The notes: generated from the sequence alone by a model not told the origin. A stretch of 64,000 nt of DNA from an uncultured Acidobacteriaceae bacterium (GCA_963749985.1 CAVVOS010000006.1:429590-493589), one strand, 5' to 3'; numbered from the stretch's first letter, positions 25,221-33,394 are shown. Numbers and translations: made by a program.

Positions 25221-25622
25221 CTAAGTCCTGCGGGGGATCCGGGGTGCCCCATTTCTCGCGTCCTTTGCGAGAAGTGGGCCACCGCTGCAACGTACTCGCT
25301 CCCCCACGCTCTTCCCCACATCCTCAAACTGATTAATCTCCACCGTCCCCTCCGGAAACCGCGCCGTGATCTTCAACTTTCCACCCATCGCTTTCACAAA
25401 ACTCTGCACCGTGCTCACATACATGTCCGCGCGCCGCTCCAGCTTTGACACTGCCGCCTGATTTACTCCCAGAATCTTCGCCAAGTGCACCTGAGTCATC
25501 TCCCGCGCCTCGCGCAGCATGTGCATCGGTAGCTCCGCCTGGTATTTCTCGTACAGAACACGAGAGCGCTCCAGCGATTCCGGCGACATCTTTGCTTCAA
25601 GCTCGCGAAAATTTCTGGCCAT
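25221..25622 (-). CDS. XRE-family HTH antitoxin-like regulator
   Basis: MARNFRELEAKMSPE...MTQVHLAKILGVNQAAVSKLERRADMYVSTVQSFVKAMGGKLKITARFPEGTVEINQF is typical of HigA-type antitoxins. The C-terminal ~25 aa read into the REP at 25239-25278. Confidence 0.8.
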   Translation of the reverse strand: MARNFRELEAKMSPESLERSRVLYEKYQAELPMHMLREAREMTQVHLAKILGVNQAAVSKLERRADMYVSTVQSFVKAMGGKLKITARFPEGTVEINQFEDVGKSVGERVRCSGGPLLAKDARNGAPRIPRRT

Positions 25623-25656
25623 CTCTTCCTCTGGTTAATGTCGCTCCGAAAGCCGA

Positions 25657-25956
25657 TTACGCGCGGTCCATCCAATACCCCGGCCTGCGACGCCCATGTG
25701 CCACCGCCAGCACGAACGTCCTCGAAGCTTCTACACGGTACACGAGGCTGAAGGGAAACTGATGCAGCGTATATCGGCGAAAGTGAGATAAGTAAACAGG
25801 CCAGCGTTCAGGCGCATCCTCCACAACGTGGATTGCTTGCCAAAAGGCGCTGTCGAATTTCTCCGCCGTAGAGAAGTTCCGGTCTCGATACCAAGCCAGC
25901 GATTTCAGGTAATCTTCTTCCGCACCGGGATGAAGCTCCAGCGGCTTGACTGGCAT
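25657..25956 (-). CDS. ParE/RelE-family type II toxin
   Basis: 99 aa. ...AEEDYLKSLAWYRDRNFSTAEKF...HFRRYTLHQFPFSLVYRVEASRTFVLAVAHGRRRP fits the ParE_toxin pattern. The start is 4 nt after the upstream antitoxin stop. Confidence 0.8.
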   Translation of the reverse strand: MPVKPLELHPGAEEDYLKSLAWYRDRNFSTAEKFDSAFWQAIHVVEDAPERWPVYLSHFRRYTLHQFPFSLVYRVEASRTFVLAVAHGRRRPGYWMDRA

Positions 25957-25959
25957 CGA

Positions 25960-26196
25960 TTACTTCCCGTGCAACAGCGCCCGCCCCTTGCGCTGGACCT
26001 CGCGCCACGGAATGGTCTTGACCTTGCCCGAGCGAATCTCATCCATGCGGCGGGCAACTTCCTGCTGCCAGGCTACCTCGGCATCCTCATCCACGGACTC
26101 ATCCAGACTATCGATCAGAGAACAAGCGAGCTCAGCCCGAGCTTCAAGAGGAAGCGTCATGGCTTTCTGCAGCAATTCGTCGGTTTCCGGAGACAT
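25960..26196 (-). CDS. Addiction-module antitoxin (TIGR02574-like)
   Basis: 78 aa. ELLQKAMTLPLEARAELACSLIDSLDESVDEDAEVAWQQEVARRMDEIRSGKVKTIPWREV. Confidence 0.8.
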   Translation of the reverse strand: MSPETDELLQKAMTLPLEARAELACSLIDSLDESVDEDAEVAWQQEVARRMDEIRSGKVKTIPWREVQRKGRALLHGK

Positions 26197-26275
26197 GCCC
26201 AGATTCTAGTCCGCAGTTTGCGGATCGGCAAAAACAAAATGAGATGCCGTCGATGCGGCTTTGCCTAATAACTGG

Positions 26276-26442
26276 GGGAAATCCGGGGACAGGGAAATCC
26301 GGAAATCCGGGGACAGGAAATCCGGGGACAGACAGGAAATCCGGGGACAAGGAAATCCGGGGACAGACGGGACGTTCACCATTTTCTGGAGAGTTACCTC
26401 CTCAACGTCACATCACAAATCCTCCACCTTCAACCGCGTATC
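26276..26442. repeat. GAAATCCGGGGACAG-headed element (copy 2, expanded head)
   Basis: 5-6 tandem GAAATCCGG(GGACAG) units (26276-26366), then the same ~75-bp tail as copy 1. Confidence 0.95.
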
Positions 26443-26791
26443 ACCGGGCCTTTCTGTGCAAAGCCCGTCGATGCTACCCGCCCCTTTTCCTTTCAACAAC
26501 TTACCCCCACCCAATCCCCCATTTCCCCGCTAAACCCCGTTTTTCCCCCATTCGTTGGGATAAAGATGCGCATCTCCTTCCCCTCCAATAGGATGGCCTC
26601 AGACCAACACCCAGGGAAAAGTGTAAGAACCAGGTTCAATTCCCGGGGAGAACCGCAGTTCGTTGGGTTACATGGACTGAGCTTTATTGACCAGGTTTTG
26701 TGGACAGTCCCAGGTGAAGCCAAGCCAAATTTCCGCTAGGGTTTCCCGGACCGAACTCCCAAGACCTGACAACGAGCCAAGAGTCCCAAAA

Positions 26792-26826
26792 GGCTGAAGC
26801 CCGAAAGCCGAAGCCCGAAGCCCGAA
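26792..26826. repeat. GAAGCC-hexamer tract
   Basis: GGCTGAAGCCCGAAAGCCGAAGCCCGAAGCCCGAA, directly upstream of the radical SAM gene RBS (CAGGAGCC). Confidence 0.8.
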
Positions 26827-26846
26827 TTCAGGAGCCAGAAACTAAC

Positions 26847-29042
26847 ATGCGCAAGCCGATCAAGTACGTAGAAAAAGCAGTCACCGTCGCCGCCAAAGGC
26901 GCGTGGGTTGTGTTCGACCGCTTAAATCGCATCAACCCCGGCGCGTCCCCCACCCCCAAGTGGTCCGACAAGCCTCTGCTCAAGTCCTACGAAAAATCCA
27001 AGCCACCCCTCGGCTGGCCCCGCTCCACCGACTCTCTCTGCCCCAAGTGTGTCCCTGAAATCCGCCAGCAGATCCTCGACGGCAAGCTGCCTCACGAGGT
27101 TCTGATGAACGAAAAGGTCGGCGAGATCAAGGCCACCATCGTCGAGCGCGACGGCAAGATCCTCATGGTCAAGGACTGCCCCAAACACGGCCACTTCGAA
27201 GACGTCATGTCCATCGACACCGAGTTCTCCAAGCACTTGGAAGACGTGTTCCCCGGCCGCGACATCGTTGCCCATAACGACGAGAAACTCCATCATCACG
27301 GCTCCTCCACCGTCAAGTACGGCCGCGGCTCGGTCCTCACTATCGATCTCACCAACCGCTGCAACATGATGTGCGATCCCTGCTTCATGGACGCCAACCA
27401 GGTCGGCTTCGTTCACGAACTCACCTGGGAAGAAATCAAGACCATGCTCGACAACGCCATCACCATCAAGCCCCGTCGCCAGATGAGCGTTCAGTTCTCC
27501 GGCGGCGAACCCACGTTGTCTCCGTACTTCCTCGACGCCGTTCGCTACGCCCGCAAAGTCGGATACAACTCCGTCCAGGCCGCCACCAACGGAATCGAAT
27601 TCGCGAAAAGTTTCGAGTTCTGCCAGCAGGCCGTCGAAGCCGGCATGCGCTACGCTTACCTGCAATTCGATGGCATCGGCAACGCCGCCAACGCCCACCG
27701 CATGGTCGGCAACCTGTTCGATGTGAAATTAAAAGCCATCGAAAACCTCCACAACGCCGGAGTCGAAATCGTCCCCGTCGTGACCATCGTGAATGGCATC
27801 AACAACGAACAAGTAGGACGCATCATCAAGTTCGCGCTGGATAATCCGCGCACCATCAGCTTCCTAAGCTTCCAGCCAGTAAGCTTCACCGGCCGCGACG
27901 AAGCCGTAACCGACGACCGCCGCCAAGCCCAGCGTTACACCTTGTCTCACCTCGCCCACGACGTAAAAAACCAAACCGGCCTGGGCGACCCAAGCCGCGA
28001 CTGGTTCCCAATCAGTTTCATGGGCACCTTCAGCGACTGGGCCGACCTAATGCACGCCGAAGACAAAAACAACGACTGGGGCCAACTCTCCTGCGGTTGC
28101 CACCCGAACTGTGGGACTGGGATGGCGGTGATGATCGATAAGGAAACTAAGGAAGCGGTTCCGGTGACGGCGTTTTTGAAGGGGGATCAGCTGGCGAAGG
28201 ATATTGCCAAGGTGAACGATGCGGCGCGGGGGAAGTTTCTTACCGTGTTTGGGATGGCGTTGTGTTTGATGAAGAACTACGATCCGTATCAGGCGCCGAC
28301 GCATTTCAAGCTGATGGATCTGCTGCGGAAGTTCGATAAGAACTTTAATGCTACCGGAAAGAACTACGGTAAGGTTGGACCGGATCGGACAGTCGACGAT
28401 GTGATGAAGCGGAGGCAGGACCGGTGGAACTTCCTGTTCATCGCGGGGATGTGGTTCCAGGATCTGTTCAACTATGACTTCCGGCGGACGGAGCAGTGCA
28501 TTATTCCGTACGCGACGCAGGAAGGCGAGATTTCGTTCTGCGCGTACAACACGGGCGTGGGATGGCGGAACATCATCGAGAAGATGCATATGACGGCCAC
28601 GCTGACCAAGTGGTACGAAGAACACGGACGGCACGAAATTTTTGCGGGCGGGAAGAAAGTGAAGATGGACGACGAGATGCACACGCTTCTGCTGCGCGAG
28701 AATATTGTGACGACGGAGTTGCAGCACGATCTGGATAATTTGGGGATCGCAAAGAACGCGCGGGAAGAGAAGAAGCGGGCGAGAGATGCGAAGGCGGCTT
28801 CCGGCTCTCGGCTTCCGGCTCCCGGAGTGGAATCTGATGTGGAAGGTGAGCACCGCGGGCCGCAGAAGAATGACGATGCTTACAACGCGCGCATGGCATC
28901 GCTTTACCGTGAAGTCGTGCTGAAGGAAAAGCCGGCGGTGGCGGAGAATGGATTCATCCCGCTGGGGGCGCTGGGGAAGGGCAATGGCAACGGAGCGCAT
29001 GCTGCGAAGCCGGAAGTGGCTGAGCCGGTGGCTGGGGATTAG
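26847..29042 (+). CDS. Multi-cluster radical SAM enzyme, COG1964 / tetraether lipid synthase (Tes, GDGT-MAS)-like
   Basis: Radical SAM CxxxCxxC (LTNRCNMMCDPCF). N-terminal rubredoxin-like CPKC...CPKHGHF. Further Cys clusters (SCGCHPNCGTG; EQCIIPYATQEGEISFCAYN). 731 aa with a charged C-terminal tail. Confidence 0.8.
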   Translation: MRKPIKYVEKAVTVAAKGAWVVFDRLNRINPGASPTPKWSDKPLLKSYEKSKPPLGWPRSTDSLCPKCVPEIRQQILDGKLPHEVLMNEKVGEIKATIVERDGKILMVKDCPKHGHFEDVMSIDTEFSKHLEDVFPGRDIVAHNDEKLHHHGSSTVKYGRGSVLTIDLTNRCNMMCDPCFMDANQVGFVHELTWEEIKTMLDNAITIKPRRQMSVQFSGGEPTLSPYFLDAVRYARKVGYNSVQAATNGIEFAKSFEFCQQAVEAGMRYAYLQFDGIGNAANAHRMVGNLFDVKLKAIENLHNAGVEIVPVVTIVNGINNEQVGRIIKFALDNPRTISFLSFQPVSFTGRDEAVTDDRRQAQRYTLSHLAHDVKNQTGLGDPSRDWFPISFMGTFSDWADLMHAEDKNNDWGQLSCGCHPNCGTGMAVMIDKETKEAVPVTAFLKGDQLAKDIAKVNDAARGKFLTVFGMALCLMKNYDPYQAPTHFKLMDLLRKFDKNFNATGKNYGKVGPDRTVDDVMKRRQDRWNFLFIAGMWFQDLFNYDFRRTEQCIIPYATQEGEISFCAYNTGVGWRNIIEKMHMTATLTKWYEEHGRHEIFAGGKKVKMDDEMHTLLLRENIVTTELQHDLDNLGIAKNAREEKKRARDAKAASGSRLPAPGVESDVEGEHRGPQKNDDAYNARMASLYREVVLKEKPAVAENGFIPLGALGKGNGNGAHAAKPEVAEPVAGD

Positions 29043-29368
29043 GCTTCGGCTGACGTGCATCGAGTGGGAAAACCTGGGAGGTTTCTTCCGAGGAAATCGG
29101 GGAACGTCCCGTCTGTCCCCAGGTTTCGCCGGTGGTAAACGCTGACAAGAATGCCAGCCATGATAAGCACAGCGGCGACGCTGGGAAGAAAGAACCACCT
29201 GCTGCGGCGGAGGCCCCCATAGAAGCACAGGACTGCGCCTAACAACATCAGCCCGATCCACAGTGGGAATGAAAAGGCGCTGATGCTCGCGATCAGCAGC
29301 CAGCTTGCGAGAAACAAGGCTGTGCCGCCCCATCCAACCCACAGCGCATCTGCCCGTTGGGCAGCCAT
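29039..29368 (-). CDS. Small hypothetical membrane protein (3' end reads into REP)
   Basis: Three hydrophobic helices (GGTALFLASWLLIASISAFSF, LWIGLMLLGAVLCFYGG, FFLPSVAAVLIMAGILVSV). The C-terminal NLGTDGTFPDF... is REP-derived. Confidence 0.4.
   Translation of the reverse strand: MAAQRADALWVGWGGTALFLASWLLIASISAFSFPLWIGLMLLGAVLCFYGGLRRSRWFFLPSVAAVLIMAGILVSVYHRRNLGTDGTFPDFLGRNLPGFPTRCTSAEA
29090..29127. repeat. REP (GGGGAACGTCCCGTCTGTCCCC type)
   Basis: GAGGAAATCGGGGAACGTCCCGTCTGTCCCCAGGTTTC. Same as 32129..32167 and the inverse of 31298..31333. Confidence 0.9.
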
Positions 29369-29381
29369 TAGATTTGCCTCT

Positions 29382-29876
29382 CTAGGGGCACTGCTTCAGT
29401 GCGTCGTTGAGCTTCCCCTGGCTCTGCTTCTTCAGCAGATCGTCGAGCTGCTTAGCTTTCGCGTTCGGCTTTTGTTTCAGGATTACCTGGTAGGTCTTTA
29501 GTACGCTTTCCACAGCAGCGATAGCAGTTGCCTTTGCGTCGGCGGCCTTGTCAGGATTCTCGATCTGGAAGGCACCGCTGGCCAGCATGTACTGCCGCGT
29601 GATCGTGTGCGCGTAAACGTACTTCATTCCGTTGAACTCGCCCAGCAGCGCCGGACACAGTAGCACGTGGACATCGTGCACATCACTGAGCCGTTTGAAT
29701 GCCGCTTCGCCTTGCTGGTTCATGCTGTCATCCAGCGGGCTGCTCTCCAGTTTGTGCGTGATCTCTACCCACTGCGCCCGCTCCTCCGATGTCGAAGTAT
29801 CCTGTGCTGCGGCCTTCTGCACAATCAATGCCGTGGCGCAGCCGAGCAGAACCCCGATCACCATTTTTTTTTGCAT
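29382..29876 (-). CDS. Hypothetical secreted protein
   Basis: Start taken at MQKKMVIGVLLGCATALIVQKAAAQ (signal peptide). Lower-GC segment. No recognisable family. Confidence 0.55.
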   Translation of the reverse strand: MQKKMVIGVLLGCATALIVQKAAAQDTSTSEERAQWVEITHKLESSPLDDSMNQQGEAAFKRLSDVHDVHVLLCPALLGEFNGMKYVYAHTITRQYMLASGAFQIENPDKAADAKATAIAAVESVLKTYQVILKQKPNAKAKQLDDLLKKQSQGKLNDALKQCP

Positions 29877-29904
29877 GCTTCTTCCTCCAACATTTTCTGA
29901 CAAC

Positions 29905-30123
29905 CTAATGGAGTCGAAACCCGACGAACAGTAGGGTTCCGATTCCAAGTGCCGTTACGAGCCACCAAAGTCTTGAACCATAGATCGCTGATACGGCCGA
30001 TAAGGGTATCGAGCCCAGAATGCAAAACAGCAGAACGATAGGATTGAACGGGCATGCCCTATTTGAAAGTTTGAAAACAGCCAAACAAAACCAAAGGTAT
30101 CCGCTGGGGCATGCAGCGAGCAC
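29905..30123 (-). CDS. Small two-TM protein, candidate immunity protein for the upstream Rhs C-terminal toxin
   Basis: In-frame GTG at 30123 gives 72 aa: VLAACPSGYLWFCLAVF...IVLLFCILGSIPLSAVSAIYGSRLWWLVTALGIGTLLFVGF. It lies immediately downstream of the Rhs-CT stop (30174). Confidence 0.3.
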   Translation of the reverse strand: MLAACPSGYLWFCLAVFKLSNRACPFNPIVLLFCILGSIPLSAVSAIYGSRLWWLVTALGIGTLLFVGFRLH

Positions 30124-30173
30124 ACCAGTAAGAGTCGTCCAATCAATGATGTCTATCCACTCGCGTTGATCGC

Positions 30174-31277
30174 TCACTGCTCGTTTCCGATATGCTGCAG
30201 AAAGGATTGACCTGAAACAGTCGGGTTGGTTTCTCCGGTATGGAGATTGAAAGTCTGAGCCCACGGTACGGTCGCAGAGGGCGTTCGGTCGAGCAGCAGA
30301 TGCGTTGAATTCGCCCCTGTGCCCGGATCGCCGGACGACCGAAAATTAAGTGCGCCAGGATGGTCAACCATTTCACGCAGATTGAAAATGGTGTCCAGCA
30401 TGCTAAATCTGATTCCGGCTGCCCCCAACTTCCTTATGGCGTCCTCTGGCGAACCCACGTGATATCCGAAGGCATTCAGTTTCTGGCCAGTACCGTGCTG
30501 CGCGAATGTAAAATGGAAGCTGTCGTCAAGGGCTCCTCCGCCCGTTATCCCACTCGTCGGATCGCTGCCTTCCTTCCACACTCCCGTTGACGACTGGGTA
30601 CTGCCATTTTGGGTGAAGCTCACATTCGTACCGTCGAACGTGCCGCTATACTGGTTTCCGCTCTGGTCAACCAAATTGCCGTTCTTGTCGTTGCTGATCT
30701 CCGTGGCAGTGAAGGTTGAAGTCGTCGTTTGGTTACCATTGGCATCTGTGGTCGTGGTTGTTGTAGTGGTCCCTTGCAGCCCGCCCTGACACGTAGCGGT
30801 GTCCGGACCAGAGCAGCCGGGGTTAAAGTTCAACCCAGTTGGATCGGTCAACTTGAGCGGATTGTTCCGAACGTAGGCGTAGCGGTTTAGGCTCTGCGGG
30901 TCTTTGGTATCCCCACCCATTGGATCGGGCGACATGAAGCGTCCAAGGCTAGACCCGAGGTATCGAGCCTCGAAGTTATCGAGGCCGGATTCGGCATCGC
31001 GTTCTTTGCCGGTGAATTTGTAGTGGTTCGCGTCGCTGCCGCTCGTGTATGCGATGCCACCAAACGGGTAGTAGTCGGTTTGTTGTTCGATGTTTCCGGA
31101 GGCGTCGGTGATAACGCTGGCCGACCCGAGGTGATTCGAGAAATAGTAATGGATCGTTCCGCTCGGTTGATCTACACGGGCGATGCGTTCGCCGTTGAGG
31201 TAAACATACTCCTCGTTGAGAGTGCCAGTAAGGGCGGCTTCGGTAAGAACTTCTCCGCCGGGACCTGGCCAGTACAT
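30174..31277 (-). pseudogene. Orphan Rhs repeat-associated core end plus C-terminal toxin domain (N-terminally truncated)
   Basis: YYFSNHLGSASVITDASGNIEQQTDYYPFGG...YKFTGKERDAESGLDNFEARYLGSSLGRFMSPDP...LNRYAYVRNNPLKLTDPTGL, then ~225 aa of unrecognised C-terminal domain with a poly-Thr linker. There is no Rhs shell upstream; the track ORF N-terminus reads through REP 31298..31333. Confidence 0.75.
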
Positions 31278-31297
31278 CGTCCCGGAAGACCCGGAGG

Positions 31298-32167
31298 GGA
31301 AACCCGGGGACAGACGGGACGTTCCCCGGTTTTCGGCGACCAATATGGGAACGAGCCACCCAATACTAACCCGAAACCTGTGCTGTCTGGTTCCTAACAC
31401 GCCTTCCCGATGATATTTTCTGGGCATGGCTCGCTTGCCTCGCGTGGTTCTTGCCGACGTTGCTCATCATGTTACGCAGCGCGGCAATGCCCGGCAAGTG
31501 ATCTTGGCCGACGACGCGGACCGCACGGCTTACCTCGACTTGCTGCGGCAATATTCCCAACTCTACCGTCTTTGCGTGTTGGGCTACTGCCTGATGTCCA
31601 ATCACGTGCACTTAGTCGTGATTCCCCGCACCCCTGAGGCCTTGTGGCAAGCTCTCAAACAGATACACGGACGCTATGCGGCGTATTGGAACGCGCGCGC
31701 GTCGTCCAGTGGGCACGTGTGGCAGGGGCGATTTTATTCCTGCCCTCTGGACGACGCGCACCTGTGGGCGGCGCTGCGCTACGTGGAGTTGAACCCGGTG
31801 CGCGCCGGCATGGCATTCGCGGCGCAGGAGTGGCGATGGTCGAGCGCGGCGGCTCACTGTATGTCCGGTGCCGCCGACCCGATGCTGGAAATGGAAGCGT
31901 GGCACAAACGATGGACGGTGGCGGAGTGGAAGGCGCATCTGACGGCCGGAGAGTCGGCGATCGATATTGACGCCCTGCGCCGGTGCACGCACACCGGCCG
32001 ACCGCTTGGAACAACCGAATTCGTCGCTCAGCTCGAACAGGCGACCTCGCGCCCGCTGGCTCCGCGCAAGGGAGGACGGCCCAAAAAGCCCGCCGCCGAT
32101 GCGCAGGATGGTTTTGCATTTGTTGCCTGAGGAAATCGGGGAACGTCCCGTCTGTCCCCAGGTTTTC
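31298..32167 (+). mobile_element. REPtron: RAYT gene bracketed by inverted REPs
   Basis: Left GAAACCCGGGGACAGACGGGACGTTCCCCGGTTTTC (31298-31333) is the near-exact reverse complement of right GAGGAAATCGGGGAACGTCCCGTCTGTCCCCAGGTTTTC (32129-32167). The right copy overlaps the RAYT stop codon. Confidence 0.8.
31426..32130 (+). CDS. IS200/Y1-type REP-associated tyrosine transposase (RAYT)
   Basis: HUH motif (CLMSNHVHLVVIP) and catalytic Tyr region (ALRYVELNPVRAGM). 234 aa. Confidence 0.88.
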   Translation: MARLPRVVLADVAHHVTQRGNARQVILADDADRTAYLDLLRQYSQLYRLCVLGYCLMSNHVHLVVIPRTPEALWQALKQIHGRYAAYWNARASSSGHVWQGRFYSCPLDDAHLWAALRYVELNPVRAGMAFAAQEWRWSSAAAHCMSGAADPMLEMEAWHKRWTVAEWKAHLTAGESAIDIDALRRCTHTGRPLGTTEFVAQLEQATSRPLAPRKGGRPKKPAADAQDGFAFVA

Positions 32168-32308
32168 CATTACGGCAGGAACGGGTGGAAGCTCAGGGCG
32201 GGCGACGAGTTGGAGGTGGCGATTTGGAACCCGCAGAGTGGGATGGGGCCTGCGCTGTACCGTGTGAGGGTGATGGCGTCGCAATGACATTGGTCGGCTG
32301 GAAAAAAG

Positions 32309-32348
32309 CCCCACTTCTCGCGAAGGACGCGGGAAATGGGGCACCCGG
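32309..32348. repeat. REP (CCACTTCTCGCG...GGGGCACCCGG type)
   Basis: CCCCACTTCTCGCGAAGGACGCGGGAAATGGGGCACCCGG. Other copies at 36094-36136 and, inverted, at 25239-25278. Confidence 0.85.
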
Positions 32349-32533
32349 CTACTAGCTTCTGGCTTAAACCAGCGGGCCGCCTGCGGGCGGCCCGATTTGT
32401 TTTGTATTTCGAGGGGCGGGACACATTAAGAGCGCGAGCTGCCGGCAGCATCGTGCCCACCCGTCGAAAACCGCGACGGGTGGGGCAGCCACAGTCGTGG
32501 TGGTGCAAAGGTGGACCAGCCCCCGCTGATAGA

Positions 32534-32593
32534 GATCCTTCGACTGCGCATGACGTCCACTTCGTGGACGTTATGCTTCGCTCAGGATGACAG
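32534..32593. repeat. GTCATYC-family REP (reverse orientation)
   Basis: GATCCTTCGACTGCGCATGACGTCCACTTCGTGGACGTTATGCTTCGCTCAGGATGACAG. Reverse complement of the 23693/24051 type. Confidence 0.9.
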
Positions 32594-32596
32594 GGG

Positions 32597-33172
32597 TTAT
32601 TGGGGCTCTTGGAATTCGATCTCCGGGTCGCAGCCTTCTGGATAGGGTTCCTCTGGATAATCTTCTTCCGGGTAATCGGGGTCGATGCAGGCGTGGATGG
32701 TGATGGGGGGATTGGGCAAGGGGGGATCGAGTAAGGACCAGGCTTCGCGATATTTTTCCAGGCGCATGCGTTTGGCTTGGCGGTGGGGATAGAAGCGGAG
32801 CATGGGTTGGGGAGTGCAGACTTCGACGGGGATGATGTACCAGATGTCGAGGGGGACGACGTGGGCGGCGATGAAGTCGATGTCGCGTTTGGTGTAGACG
32901 GCGCGGCGTTTGCCGACGGTGTAGGTGGCGCGGGTTTCGTAGGCGCCGGCGTGGAGGGAGTCGGTGCACTTGATCTGGACGCGGAAGAGGTGGACTTGCG
33001 GCTGGGGACGGTTGTCGAGGATGAAGTCGTAGCGCTCGCTGTCTCCCCAGGGCTTGGAGATGGCGAAGCGGCGCTGGCTGGCCTGGTAGAGGAAAGCGGC
33101 TTCGGAACGCTCTCCGGTGCGCTTGGGGTTGGGGCGGTTGGGGTTGTCGGGGCGGGAACGCGAGTTGAACAT
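32597..33172 (-). CDS. PD-(D/E)XK endonuclease-like protein (group I intron-associated endonuclease family-like)
   Basis: Start taken at MFNSRSRPDN. GERSEAAFLYQASQRRFAISKPWGDSERYDFILD...FRVQIKCT...DIDFIAAHVVPLDIWYIIPV. Acidic, Pro-rich tail DPDYPEEDYPEEPYPEG. Confidence 0.6.
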   Translation of the reverse strand: MFNSRSRPDNPNRPNPKRTGERSEAAFLYQASQRRFAISKPWGDSERYDFILDNRPQPQVHLFRVQIKCTDSLHAGAYETRATYTVGKRRAVYTKRDIDFIAAHVVPLDIWYIIPVEVCTPQPMLRFYPHRQAKRMRLEKYREAWSLLDPPLPNPPITIHACIDPDYPEEDYPEEPYPEGCDPEIEFQEPQ

Positions 33173-33334
33173 GGGAACTCCTGAGAGTGAAGCTGATTCT
33201 GAAGGAACGAAAAGGCGGAGCTTGCGGGCTCCGCCTGAACTGCGACATTGAGATAATTTCCTATAGCTATTATAGCATTGGGGGTCAAGCGCTATAGGGA
33301 GAGGGATCCGGGCGGCAGTCGTTGCGCCGATAGG

Positions 33335-33394
33335 GATCCTTCGACTGCGCAAGACACCCACTTCGTGGGCGTCATGCTTCGCTCTGGATGACAG
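33335..33394. repeat. GTCATYC-family REP (reverse orientation)
   Basis: GATCCTTCGACTGCGCAAGACACCCACTTCGTGGGCGTCATGCTTCGCTCTGGATGACAG. Direct repeat of 32534..32593. Confidence 0.9.

Noticed and set aside
26600-26670. tRNA-like T-arm (CCAGGTTCAATTCCCGG), considered as a tRNA gene or an att remnant.
   Set aside because: The stem has a mismatch. There is no complementary acceptor strand ~65 nt upstream, no anticodon arm and no CCA-compatible end. It is probably chance similarity.
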